A stretch of DNA of 64,000 nt from Selaginella moellendorffii (Eukaryota > Plantae > Lycopodiophyta), in the NCBI RefSeq assembly GCF_000143415.4, contig NW_003314350.1, positions 620,001 through 684,000 of the forward strand, in the 5' to 3' direction. A program made the translations under genes and the position numbers. The notes below the pieces were generated by a model. The model saw only the letters and a list, made by a program, of their open reading frames with translations. It had not been told where the DNA came from and made no database searches. Shown piece by piece: positions 37,226 through 49,202 of this stretch. The first letter of the stretch is position 1. The number at the start of each line of letters is the position of its first letter.

Positions 37226-37689
37226 CCGGTCATCAAAAATTAAAGTCCGCATGTTACTATTTTTCTATATCCTCAACAACATTATGTAAAGGGTATAATC
37301 AACTTCAAAGCGATTTGAATCCTCAGATGTGTAACTGCAGTTACAGCTCATTGTAAAGCAAAGAAGATTCACAAATTCCATGTAATGCCCTTAGTGGGCA
37401 TTTTACAACACTTGATTTTTTAAATTCCCTGCACGTAAGCCTGTCTTTCAGTCCTTGGGGATGTTCCATCTCCTCCCCAAATGCAGTGCTCTCCCACAGT
37501 CCCACTTCATCCAAGCGCCACTGGTTCCGGGGATTTCCATAAAAACCACCTTCATCAGTGGCAACAAATAGTTCCTCTTTACCTCGGCTCCCTCGAGAGA
37601 TACTCAATCCTCGAATCCACCACCTTTCTCATCGCACATTCCCTCCATAACCCATAAGACCCTCGTCCTTGTCTAGCATCCTCTTCACA

Positions 37690-38505
37690 CACCACTGGTC
37701 TGTTCTTCCTCTACGTTTTGCTGTCTCAGAATTACTTCCCGGACAAGGTCGCGGAGGATCTCATCGTTCCAGAGCAAGGCGATGCTCGCAGCGGCTAGAG
37801 TTCCAGTTCTATCGCCGCAAATCCTCAGACCCATCGGCGGAAAGCTACTCGCCATCTCCAGCTCTCATCCACCGCGACGTTACGAGCAAATCCACGCCCG
37901 GTGCTCTCGATTGATCCAAGATGACCCAAACGGCGATCACGGCGACTCCCAATTCGTGGTGTGGATAGCGCCATTTGGATCGCGAGCCTGGGAAACAAGA
38001 TGCTGGCGATTGCTTCCACTTTTCTCTATGCTATGCTCATGAACAGAGTTTTTCTCATCGCGAGAGATTCGTCCACAGAAAACATGGATCGATTGTTTCG
38101 CGAGCCATTCCCAAAGAGGTGTAGTCCACGGACAGATAACTTGATCGAGTTCGCGAAATCGTGACAGTGCTTAGAAGATCCGGGCGTGATGAATCGTTGA
38201 CTGTGAATAATCGGCTCTCCAGGGAGCCAGGAACTCGGACGATCGAAATTCTTCTGCAAGGAGCAGCAAAAACTCTTCCAATGGCATGGCTGTTTCGCCG
38301 GTCAAACGTCTACTTCGTTCCGGGATTGTTCTTGGTGGGCAGCAGCAAACACCAGGCGCTATAGCTTGACATCTCCATAATCGCAGTTAGACTCCCGAAA
38401 CGAAAAGAAGCAAGGATCCATAGTTCTTGCCTTGGAGCAAACATCCCCACCTGATCCAGACCCAGCCCACATAAGCCAGGGCCTCAACCCGGTTAATCCC
38501 TGAGC
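37690..38505 (+). pseudogene. Rearranged GT37 fucosyltransferase fragments with internal inversions
   Basis: Forward FUT sequence runs to about 38117. Inverted pieces lie at about 38118-38237 and 38349-38503. Confidence 0.82.
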
Positions 38506-38669
38506 TTGGTAAAAGAATCCACGATTAAGATGTGCGAGGATAAATTTATAGCAAGAAATGGCATAGCTTCTGTACTTATCATTCACATGATAGACGTTTT
38601 TCAATTTATAAGATTTGCATGATGGGTGATTCTCCTCTTTTTGTTTCCATGGCCGTGCAAGTTGTAGTT

Positions 38670-39068
38670 CAAACTCCTGGTGAAGTTTTCGTGTATGAAT
38701 GTCTTCTTTGGACTCGGCAGTGCCAAGCCTGCAAGAATGATCGCGTTGATAACTTCTTCCAGGAGCCTGTCTCAAGCCAAGCTGATCCAAAGTTGGGTTT
38801 CTTTCAGCAGCCACCAAGGGACTTTTCTGTCGAATCTTCACATCAAATGTATGGGAGATGTGAACGTGTGGCTGTCTCTCGCTCGGTCTTCGATGCTGTA
38901 GAACTCACTTGGAATTTGATGCTGTCAGCATATGCCAAGAACGGGCATTTGCAGAGGGCTAAAGAGGTTTACGACTCCATGCCTGGGAAGGACTTAGTTT
39001 CATGCAATGGAATGCTTGCTGCGTACTCTCAGGCCGGGAAACTGGGTGATGCTGTCGAGTTTTTTCGA
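38670..39068 (+). pseudogene. PPR gene 5' fragment (also about 43970-44378)
   Basis: TWNLMLSAYAKNGHLQRAKEVYDSMPGKDLVSCNGML matches 28572-28955. Confidence 0.82.
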
Positions 39069-39497
39069 GTGAAGAGTCTTAGCTAACCGAAGCAGGGACA
39101 ACACTGTGTATATTGTTGGAGGCAAGCTGCCAGTGGTCGTCTCTGCGATGTGCTGGTTGAGTTTAGGCTTGGCTGCCTGTTTCGCTGATGCCCAATTCTG
39201 GAATATGTGTAAGGTTCTGGTTTCCTTGCTCAAACCATGGATGGTGATTACAACCTGAAAGAAGAGTGGCACTTCGCTTGGATGGCACACGTATGTTTTT
39301 GTGCAAGGTCTTGTCAAGGACTCAGCATCCTAAGGTGGCAACACGCATATCAATGAGGGTTCTTCTGCCTAGTATGTTCAAGCCCGATTCCTTTAATTCG
39401 AGGTTATAAACAGAAATTCTTTTAATTAATTAAGGACTAATTTAGAGTCTTAGAACAATATAAGTTTAAATCCTTTTAACGAGAAAAGCTCAGACAA

Positions 39498-40200
39498 ATG
39501 GATGTTCGGGCAAAGTGGCGGCAAGCTGTGAAGCAAGCCACCAAGGTCTAAGTTCTTCTCTAGTGAGTTGTTATATAAGATCAATGGGTAAAGGTCTGGA
39601 TACTCTCAAGCGGCTACTGGCTTGAAGCTGTGATTAGCTTTCAGAGTTTCTGGTTCTTAATCCCTATTGCCACAGGTTGATGAAATACGCCCCTCTGCAC
39701 ATACTTTGAATAAATGTGGCTGGTTGGACAAGTCTTTTTTCAGATCGTTCTTAGGTTAAAGTTGAAGAAGTCATATTATAAGTGACAGAAAAGTTGAATC
39801 TAGATCCAGTAAGTTTCATCCAAATATGCACGTAAAATTGGCCTCTTCATGACAAACAGGAAGAAAGGGGTAGATTCTGAGGTGATAATCCAAGAAGGGA
39901 AACTGGTCTATAAGGCAACTGGCATTCCTGTCCATGAAACTTATTCTCCTACATTCTTGTTTGTAATGGATCCAAATGGGATATATGCTGCTGAGGAAGG
40001 CATCCCTATTATTCTATACAAATTCGTCTCTTCCTTCCAGAAAAAAGATGGTTACCAGCAAGACTCCTCTGCATACATTCAACATTCCTGCTGCTCTTAT
40101 GGCTCCAGCTGCTACAAAACTTGAATGATAAAGGCAAGAGATTTTTTATTTTCAAATGATTGTGACCAAAGGTATCTATATTGTTTCAGAGTGTGAAAAC
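39498..40200 (+). pseudogene. IQM-family (IQ-motif calmodulin-binding) gene relic
   Basis: KWRQAVKQATK, YWLEAVD, EVIIQEGKLVYKATG...FLFVMD and QHS resemble plant IQM motifs. Disrupted. Confidence 0.55.
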
Positions 40201-40499
40201 ACGACTATTGAATTGAAAAAGCATATTCTAGCATATATTCTTAATCCAATGACTAAGCTCCTTAACCCTACTTGGATTTAGCTCATGATTACAATTAGGC
40301 TAAATAGATTTAAACTAAGCAGTATATTCTATGAAACTATATTAGACTTTTGGTCATTGAAATAGGGAATATCCATGCCTACTTTAGGAGCTCACTTTTT
40401 CCTTTTCCTTTTTCTTTTATATATATATAGTTATAATATTTTTATATAAATATTTTTTAACAAAAGACATAAATTTCTCATATATTAGAGTATAAACCT

Positions 40500-41393
40500 A
40501 TGAAAATATTATTGTTTTTATTTTTAAATTTTCTATTTTTAATTAAAAATATAGTTTATGGAAGAGCAACTGTAGAATGGGGTAATAATAACACACTTAC
40601 TGAAAATGAAATTAACCTTATAATTAATAATGGATTTTTAGATCTTTTAACTCACATTAAAAATTATCATTCATATTCAAGAAATTTTAAGAATTTAACT
40701 GTTTTAAATATTGGTAGGGGTGTATTTGCTGTAAGAATTGAGCGTGTGGATGGAGAGCCACCATATTGTTCAACTGGTCAAACTGAAAATACAATTATTG
40801 GCATGAGAATCAAAGAAGCTGTTAAGTACTTAATCAATACATATAGTACTACAATGATTGCAGCAAAATCTGATGTATGCAAAATTATATCTCAAAATTA
40901 TATAATTCAATATTCAGTAGTATTTTGGTGGAGACTAACCTTAAGTAAAGTTAATAATTTGTTTACATCTTATCTTTCATATGATAATTGTGATACTACC
41001 TTAACTACTTTAAATGCTGGTTTTTCAGACCATGTGTTATATACAGGCCAATTTTTGGTATCCCCAAATCGCAAAAATGTGTTATTAATAGAAATAAGTT
41101 GTAAAGTTTCACTTTATTCAGGAAACCATTTACTATGGAAATCTGATATCACATTTGATTTTATTGGTCAATGTAAGCTTGATCTTCAAAAAGATGGGAA
41201 TTTGGTATTATATACTGACAAGAAAATAAAAATGTGGTCAATTGATCATTATTGTTATAATCAACCAGATTGTATATTTCTTACTTATCTGAGTTTATTA
41301 AATAATTGCAACTTAGTAATTTATGAGGCTAATAGTCCAAATGCTATTTGGTGGGAAACAAAATCTACTAATCATTTTGGTTGTTTAAAATAA
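40500..41393 (+). CDS. Secreted protein: signal peptide, unknown N-domain and C-terminal bulb-type (GNA-like) lectin domain; intronless and very AT-rich
   Basis: Hydrophobic N-terminus. LYTGQFLVS, CKVSLY, LQKDGNLVLY (QxDxNxVxY site), CNLVIY and IWWET. Intact 297 aa. Confidence 0.82.
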   Translation: MKILLFLFLNFLFLIKNIVYGRATVEWGNNNTLTENEINLIINNGFLDLLTHIKNYHSYSRNFKNLTVLNIGRGVFAVRIERVDGEPPYCSTGQTENTIIGMRIKEAVKYLINTYSTTMIAAKSDVCKIISQNYIIQYSVVFWWRLTLSKVNNLFTSYLSYDNCDTTLTTLNAGFSDHVLYTGQFLVSPNRKNVLLIEISCKVSLYSGNHLLWKSDITFDFIGQCKLDLQKDGNLVLYTDKKIKMWSIDHYCYNQPDCIFLTYLSLLNNCNLVIYEANSPNAIWWETKSTNHFGCLK

Positions 41394-42004
41394 TACTTAT
41401 TAAGTTGTATTTTATATTAGTCATGTAAAACCTTATTAAGTCCAAGTATCCAAATGAAAATTAGAGGGACCAAGAATGAATTAAATTGCATGCAAGGTCT
41501 TTTCTCTTTTGTTGTGCTCTAAGTGGAATATCATATTCAGATCTAATGCTTCCATCATTCCTTGCCATGTAGAACAATCCAACTTAAAATTTAATACTTC
41601 CATCATTTTTTACCAAATCTCTATTAGAGTGAGTGAAAGGCATCAAAACCATGATTGGAACTTTTATTAAATGTTTTTGGAATTCTTTGTATAAGCTATT
41701 GTTGAATAGCTTTATTTAATATAATTTATTTTTATTGAGCATGAAAAGCATAATAAAATTCTAGCTATAATACGGTTAACCAAGGACAATATGGTAGGGA
41801 AAGATTTTTAATACATGGAGTCCAAGTGACAAAAGCTAGTTCGTTGATACTACAAGCTTTAGCCAGTTTGCCTATGAAATTAGCTATATCACATCAACCT
41901 TAGAATGAGCTTCATACCCGAAGAGCTCTCTACTCACACAAGGTAACGGTGCTTCATCTATATTTGTCTTCTCCCTTAGATGAGCTTTGGTGTAGAAGTT
42001 TTGA

Positions 42005-42925
42005 CTAAGCCACCCTAAGTTTCTTCACAGCTGGATGGCTAGAGTGTGGAGTGCTTCTCTTCCCTCCACAACAACTTGTGATATTGGCTGTAGCCCGTGT
42101 GGTGCTACAGTTATCTAGAATCCAAGGATGATTGATCACTTGGTCTAGTGTCAATCTCTTCCTGGGATCCAAATCCAGCATGCCCATAATCAGATTTTTC
42201 GCCTCTGGCGACAGATTGGCAGGCCACTGGAACTCCCCCTCGCGCAGCAAATGCATCTCCAGGTTCGATCGGTTGTAGCCCTTGAGGAGTTCGTATGCGA
42301 TCACTCCAAGCCCCCAAACATCCACCGCCTTGGTGTAAGACAGCCCATATCTCTCGACAAAGATAAGCTCGGGAGCCATGTACTTCTCAGTCCCGCAGCT
42401 CTGGCTCATCTCTCTGGCATCGTCGGTCGCCACTCCAAAATCCCCAATCACTGGCCTGATCGTGCTTGCATCTTGCAGCTTGGTGAAAACGTTCTCCAGC
42501 TTGAGATCGCGATGGACAACACCACTCGAGTGGACGCCCTTGAGTGTCTCAGCCAGCTCCTTAACGATCTCGGCTACCTCCTCCTCCCTCAGTGGCCCTT
42601 TCATCGCTAGATCGCGCAGGCTAGGGCCACAAAGTTCTATGACCATCGTCCCAAAGCAACGCCCGCCAACCTTCCTCTCCCTCCTCAGCCCATGGAGGAA
42701 GACAACTCCAGGAATGGGGCGAAGCTTGTCCAAGATCCTAGTCTCCCTCTCGGCACAACTCTCCGACTTAAACATCTTTCCTGCGTACCTATGGCGGTTG
42801 CGGGCTGCGTCGCTCAGCAAGTAGACTTGGCCCTGTCCTCCATGCCCCAACTTCTCGTGTCTGATGTACCACTTGAGAAGCTCGCCACACTCGTCATCTC
42901 TAAATTCGCCATCCTCGAGCGCCAT
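42005..42925 (-). CDS. Intronless CAMK-like Ser/Thr kinase, copy 2, intact
   Basis: All subdomains present: GHGGQG, AGK, E, HRDLKLEN, DFG, APE, DVWGLG and R...HPW. Confidence 0.88.
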   Translation of the reverse strand: MALEDGEFRDDECGELLKWYIRHEKLGHGGQGQVYLLSDAARNRHRYAGKMFKSESCAERETRILDKLRPIPGVVFLHGLRRERKVGGRCFGTMVIELCGPSLRDLAMKGPLREEEVAEIVKELAETLKGVHSSGVVHRDLKLENVFTKLQDASTIRPVIGDFGVATDDAREMSQSCGTEKYMAPELIFVERYGLSYTKAVDVWGLGVIAYELLKGYNRSNLEMHLLREGEFQWPANLSPEAKNLIMGMLDLDPRKRLTLDQVINHPWILDNCSTTRATANITSCCGGKRSTPHSSHPAVKKLRVA

Positions 42926-43085
42926 CACGTCTTCCCCTTTTTCTCGCTTGGTTTTAAGAAAACCTAGCTTCCCACAACAGGTTTAATGATCGCGAAAAGG
43001 TCATTACTTTTATTAAACTAAAAACTTCACCAGTAAAAAACTGACCATTATAAAAGACCATTTTAAGATCCAACGGCTAATATAT

Positions 43086-43352
43086 TTTGGTTTGCTTAAG
43101 GGAAGAGGAATTGAGATGGTAGTGAATATATTTAAAATATGCTTAAATATTTTCAAATATTTTACCATCTAACGGTTCTTATTCATTTAGATTAGTTTTG
43201 TATTTATAATGTTTAAACATGTTTATAATTTATAAACTTTCTTAAACACTTTCTAGTATGCAATAAAATTAATCTTGTGTTTATAAATTACAAACATGCT
43301 TATAATTATAAATTTTAAATAATTAAGAATGACACTACTATTCAGCAAAAAA
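43086..43352. mobile_element. MITE-like AT-rich insertion (also about 48705-49007)
   Basis: Inverted ends TTTGGTTTGCTTAA and TTAAGCAAACAAA. Absent at the paralogous sites near 23178, 36285 and 55692. Confidence 0.55.
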
Positions 43353-43548
43353 CCGCGTAACAAATTTTTATTAATTAGAATAATTTATATGGAATTAAAG
43401 GTGATCTTTATTTTATAATTACCCTCCAGGGTTGACCAGCGCGTTGTTTGATGCAGTCGGAGTTTTACGTGTACATGCAAACCAGCCAAGCACGGAAGCT
43501 TCACGAGCAGAGTTATGACTATGCGCACGATCATTCCCTTCGTGAAGA

Positions 43549-43860
43549 ATGGAGAGAGTCGCGAAAATGGCGTCTTACTCCAACCCAAAATCCATCGCTC
43601 TGATCACCACTGGTCTCTTCTTCCTCTACGTTTTGCTGTCTCAGAATCACTTCCCGGACAAGATCTCGGGAGATCTCATCGTTCCAGAGCAAGGCGATGC
43701 TCACCAGTGCCGGAGCCGCGTAGAGTTCCAGTCCTATCGCCGCAAATCGACAGACCCATCGGCGGAAAGCTACTCGCCATCGCCAGCTCTCATCCACCGC
43801 CTGCGACGCTACGAGCAAATCCACACCCGGTGCTCTCGATTGATCCAAGATGATCCAAAC
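43549..43860 (+). pseudogene. GT37 fucosyltransferase 5' fragment
   Basis: First about 104 codons, then a deletion joins it to downstream module sequence. Confidence 0.85.
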
Positions 43861-44837
43861 TGGCATAGCTTCTGTACTTATCATTCACATGATAGACGTT
43901 TTTCAATTTATAAGATTTGCATGATGGGTGATTCTCCTCTCTTTGTTTCCATGGCCGCGCAAGTTGTAGTTCCAGTGGGATTAAACTCCTGGTGAAGTTT
44001 TCGTGTATGAATGTCTTCCTTGGACTCGGCAGAGCCAAGCCTGCAAGAATGATCGCGCTGATAACTTCTTCCAGGAGCCTGTCTCAAGCCAAGCTGATCC
44101 AAAGTCGGGTTTTTTCCAGCAGCCACCAAGGGACTTTTCTGTCGAATCTTCACATCAAATGTATGGGAGATGTGGACATGTGGCCGTTGCTTGCTCGGTC
44201 TTCGATGCTGTAGAACTCACTTGGAATTTGATGCTGTCAGCATATGCCAAGAACGGGCATTTGCAGGGGGCTAAAGAGGTTTAAGACTCCATGCCTGGGA
44301 AGGACTTAGTTTCATGCAATGGAATGCTTGCTGCGTACTCTCAGGCCGGGAAACTGGGTGACGCTGTCGGGTTTTTTGGAGCGAGGAGTCTTAGATAACC
44401 GAAGCAGGGACAACACTGTGTATATTGTTGGAGGCAAGCTGCCAGTGGTCGTCTCTGCGATGTGCTGGTAGAGTTTGGGCTTGGCTGCCTGTTTCGCTGA
44501 TGCCCGATTCTTGAAGGTTTTGGATTTGGGGAATATGTGTAAGGTTCTGGTTTCCTTGCTCAAACCATGGATGGTGATTACAACCTGAAAGAAGAGTGGC
44601 ACTTCGCTTGGATGACACACGTATGTTTTTGTGCAAGGCCTCGTCAAGGACTCGGCCTCCTAAGGTGGCAACACGCATATCAATGAGGGTTCTTCTGCCT
44701 AGTATCTTCAAGCCCGATTCCTTCAATTCGAGGTTATAACAGAAATTCTTTTAATTAATTAAAGACTAATTTAGAGTCTTAGAACATTCTTAAACAATAT
44801 AAGTTTAAATTCTTTTAAACGAGAAAAGCTCAGATGA

Positions 44838-45630
44838 ATGGATGTTCGGGCAAAGTGGCGGCAAACTGTGAAGCAAGCCACCAAAGTCTAAGTTCTTCTT
44901 TAGTAAGTTGTTATATAAGATCAGTGGCTTGCTAGATTGGTAAAGGTCTGGATACTCTCAAGTGGCTACTGGCTTGAAGCTGTGATTAACTTTCAGAGTT
45001 TCTGGTTCTTAATCCCTATTGCCACAGGTTGATGAAATACGCCCCTCTGCACATATTTTGAATAAATGTGTCTGGTCGAACTAGTCTTTTTATCAGATCG
45101 TTCTTAGGTTAAAGTTGAAGAATTCATATTATAAGTGACAGAAAAGTTGAATCTAGATCCAGTAAGTTTCATCCAAATATGCACTTAAAATTGGCCTCTT
45201 CATGACGAACAGGAAGAAAGGGGTAGATTTGAGGTGATAATCCAAGAAGGGAAAGTGGACTATAAGGCAACTGGCATTCCTGTCCATGAAACTTATTCTC
45301 CTACATTCATGTTTGTAATGGATCCAAATGGGATATATGCTGCTGAGGTAGGCATCCTTATTATTCTATACAAATTCGTCTCTTCCTTCCAGAAAAAAGA
45401 TGGTTACCAACAAGACTCCTCTGCATACATTCAACATTCTTGCTGCAGCCGATAAAGGCAAGAGATTTTTATTTTCAAATGATTGTGACCAAAGGTATAT
45501 ATATTGTTTCAGAGTGTGAACAATTCTAGTGGACATTATAAACCAGATTCCTAGACCTTGCACAACTTCTTTAACAGATTGAGCAAAAGAGGTGTCAATA
45601 CAGCTTTACTGAAAACTTCTAGTTTCCAAT
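44838..45630 (+). pseudogene. IQM-family gene relic, copy 2
   Basis: Paralogue of 39498-40200. Confidence 0.55.
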
Positions 45631-45950
45631 TGTAAGTTATAAGTTTTTTCTTTCCAATTTGCCAATTTACTTTCACTTTAGCTTCAATTAATTTCCTTTA
45701 CCAAAGTTCCACTTAATGTACTAGCTTTACTACTCAACTACTCATTGCACAAGCAATGGGGTCATTGAAATAGGGCATATCCATGCCCTACTTTAGGAGC
45801 TCACTTTTTTTCTTTTTCTTTTTCTTTTTTAAATATATTTATAATATAAATTTAATTGAAAATTTTAGAAATATTATAATATTTTATAAAAATAAATTTT
45901 TAAAAAAGACACAAATTTCTTATATATTAGAGCTATTTAAGTATAAACCT

Positions 45951-46843
45951 ATGAAAATATTATTGTTCTTATTTTTATATTTTATATTTTTAATTAAAAA
46001 TATAGTTTATGGAAGAGCAACTGTACAATGGGGTAATAATAATACACTTACTGAAAATGAAATTAACCTTATAATTAATAATGGATTCTTAGATCTTTTA
46101 ACTCACATTAAAAATTATCATTCATATTCAAGAAATTTTAAGAATTTAACTGTTTTAAATATTGGCAGGGGTGTATTTGCTGTAAGAATTGAGCGTGTGG
46201 ATGGAGAGCCACCATATTGTTCAACTGGTCAAACTGAAAGTACAATTATTGGCATGAGAATAAAAGAAGCTGTTAGGTACTTAGTCAATACATATAGTAT
46301 TACAATGATTGCAGCAAAATCTGATGTATGCAAAATTATATCTCAAAATTATATAATTCAATATTCAGTTGTATTTTGGTGGAGACTAACCTTAAGTAAA
46401 GTTAATAGTTTGTTTACATCTTATCTTTCATATGATAATTGTGATACTACCTTAACTACTTTAAATGCTGGTTTTTCAGACCATGTGTTATATACAGGCC
46501 AATTTTTGGTATCCCCAAATCGCAAAAATGTATTAGTAATAGAAATAAATTGTAAAGTTTCACTTTATTCAGGAAAAAATTTACTATGGAGATCTGATAT
46601 TACGTTTGATTTTATTGGTCAATGTAAGGTTGATCTTCAAAAAGATGGGAATTTGGTATTATATACTGACAAGAAAATAAAAATGTGATCAATTGATCAT
46701 TATTGTTATAATCAACCAGATTGTATATTTCTTACTTATCTTAGTTTATTAAATAATTGCAATTTAGTAATTTATGAGGCTAATAGTCCAAATGCTATTT
46801 GGTGGGAGACAAAAACTACTAATCATTTTGGTTGTTTAAAATA
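45951..46843 (+). pseudogene. Secreted B-lectin gene, copy 3, premature stop
   Basis: TGG changed to TGA at 46686-46688. The rest is collinear with 40500-41393. Confidence 0.85.
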
Positions 46844-47628
46844 ATACTTAAGATTTATATTAGTCATGTAAAACCTTATTAAGTGCAATTCAATTTACAA
46901 TAGTTTAGTATCCAAATAAAAATTAGAGGGACCAAGAGTGAATTAAATTGCATGCAAAGTCTTTTCTCTGTTTTTGTGCTCTGAGTGGAATATCATATTC
47001 AAATCTAATGCTTCCATCATTCCTTGCCATGTAAAACCATCCAACTTAAAATTTAATACTTCCATCATTTTTTGGCATGAAAAACCACCAAATATCTTTT
47101 AGTGAAAGGCATCAAAACCATAATTGAAACTTTTATTAAATGTTTTTGAAATTCTTTGTATAAGCTATTGTTGAATAGCTTTATTTAATTATAATTTATT
47201 TTTATTGAGCATGAAAAGCATGATAAAATTCTAGCTATAATACGGGTAACCAAGGACAACATGGTAGGGAAAAGAAAGAGAAAAAGAAATGTTTAAAATA
47301 TATGGTTATTATCTTGGTATGTTCTTCATGTCTCAAGATTGTTTTTAATACGCAGAGTCCAAGTGACAAGAGCCAGTTCATTGACACTACAAGCTTTAGC
47401 CAGTTTGCCTATGAAATTAGCTATATCACATCAACCTTAGAATGAGCTTCATATCTGGAGAGCTGTCTACTCACACAAGGTAACAGTGCTTTTGAAGGAC
47501 TGGGTTTAATGACAAGTTACACAATTAAAGATTGGTTGTTGCAGCCGAGCTACAACGAAACTTAAGACAATTTTAAACACAGTTAAAACATATTTAACTT
47601 CAGATGAGCTTTGGTGTAGAAGTTTTGA

Positions 47629-48549
47629 CTAAGCCACCCTAAGTTTCTTCACAGCTGGATGGCTAGAGTGTGGAGTGCTTCTCTTCCCTCCACAACAACT
47701 TGTGATATTGGCTGTAGCCCGTGTGGTGCTACAGTTCTCTAGAATCCAAGGATGATTGATCACTTGGTCTAGTGTCAATCTCTTCCTGGGATCCAAGTCC
47801 AGCATGCCCATAATCAGATTTTTCGCCTCTGGTGACAGATTGGCAGGCCACTGGAACTCCCCCTCGCGCAGCAAATGCATCTCCAGGTTCGATCGCTGGT
47901 AGCCCTTGAGGAGTTCGTATGCAATCACTCCAAGCCCCCAAACATCCACCGCCTTCGTGTAAGACAGCCCATATCTCTCGACAAAGATAAGCTCGGGAGC
48001 CATGTACTTCTCAGTCCCGCAGCTCTGGCTCATCTCTCTGGCATCGTCGGTCGCCACTCCAAAATCCCCAATCACTGGCCTGATCGTGCTTGCATCTTGC
48101 AGCTTGGTGAAAACGTTCTCCAGCTTGAGATCGCGATGGACAACACCACTCGAGTGGACGCCCTTGAGTGTCTCAGCCAGCTCCTTAACGATCTCGGCTA
48201 CCTCCTCCTCCCTCAGTGGCCCTTTCATCGCTAGATCGCGCAGGCTAGGGCCACAAAGTTCTATGACCATCGTCCCAAAGCAACGCCCGCCAACCTTCCT
48301 CTCCCTCCTCAGCCCATGGAGGAAGACAACTCCAGGAATGGGGCGAAGCTTGTCCAAGATCCTAGTCTCCCTCTCGGCACAACTCTCCGACTTAAACATC
48401 TTTCCTGCGTACCTATGGCGGTTGCGGGCTGCGTCGCTCAGCAAGTAGACTTGGCCCTGTCCTCCATGCCCCAACTTCTCGTGTCTGATGTACCACTTGA
48501 GAAGCTCGCCACACTCGTCATCTCTAAACTCGCCATCCTCGAGCGCCAT
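47629..48549 (-). CDS. Intronless CAMK-like Ser/Thr kinase, copy 3, intact
   Basis: Nearly identical to copy 2 with all catalytic motifs intact. Confidence 0.88.
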   Translation of the reverse strand: MALEDGEFRDDECGELLKWYIRHEKLGHGGQGQVYLLSDAARNRHRYAGKMFKSESCAERETRILDKLRPIPGVVFLHGLRRERKVGGRCFGTMVIELCGPSLRDLAMKGPLREEEVAEIVKELAETLKGVHSSGVVHRDLKLENVFTKLQDASTIRPVIGDFGVATDDAREMSQSCGTEKYMAPELIFVERYGLSYTKAVDVWGLGVIAYELLKGYQRSNLEMHLLREGEFQWPANLSPEAKNLIMGMLDLDPRKRLTLDQVINHPWILENCSTTRATANITSCCGGKRSTPHSSHPAVKKLRVA

Positions 48550-49202
48550 CTTCCCCTTTTTCTCGCTTGGTTTTAAGAAAACCTAGCTTCCCACAACAGG
48601 TTTAATGATCGCGAAAAGGCCATTACTTTTATTAAACTAAAAACTTCACCAGTAAAAAACTGACCATTGTAAAAGACCATTTTAAGATCCAATGGCTAAT
48701 ATTTTTTGGTTTGCTTAAGGGAAGGGGAGTTAAGATGGTAGTGAATATACTTAAAATATGCTTGAAAATTTAAAATATTCTACCATCTAACGGTTCTTAT
48801 TCATTTAGATTAATTTCGTATTTATAATTTTAAAACATGTTTATACTTTCTTAAACACTTTCTAGTATATTCTATTTTATTCTACCGGTTGGTATTGCAA
48901 TAAAATTAATCTTGTGTTTATAAATTACAAACATGCTTATAATTATAAATTTTTATTTGATCAATTAGATTAATAATTAAGAATAACACTACTATTAAGC
49001 AAACAAACGCGTAACAAATTATTATTAATTAGAATAATTTATATGGAATTAAAGGTGATCGCTATTTTATAATTACCCTCCAGGGTTGACCAGCGCGTTG
49101 TTTGATGCAGTCGGAGTTTTACGTGTACATGCAAACCAGCCAAGCACGGAAGCTTCACGAGCAGAGTTATGACTATGCGCACGATCATTCCCTTCGTGAA
49201 GA

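Noticed and set aside
39070-39400. ORFs of about 105-111 aa between the PPR fragment and the IQM relic (also 44312-44726)
   Set aside because: No recognisable family, and the open frames differ between the two copies.
40500-42928. Lectin plus kinase as a split G-type lectin receptor kinase or S-locus
   Set aside because: The genes are on opposite strands, there is no transmembrane segment, and the kinase is CAMK-like rather than RLK/Pelle.
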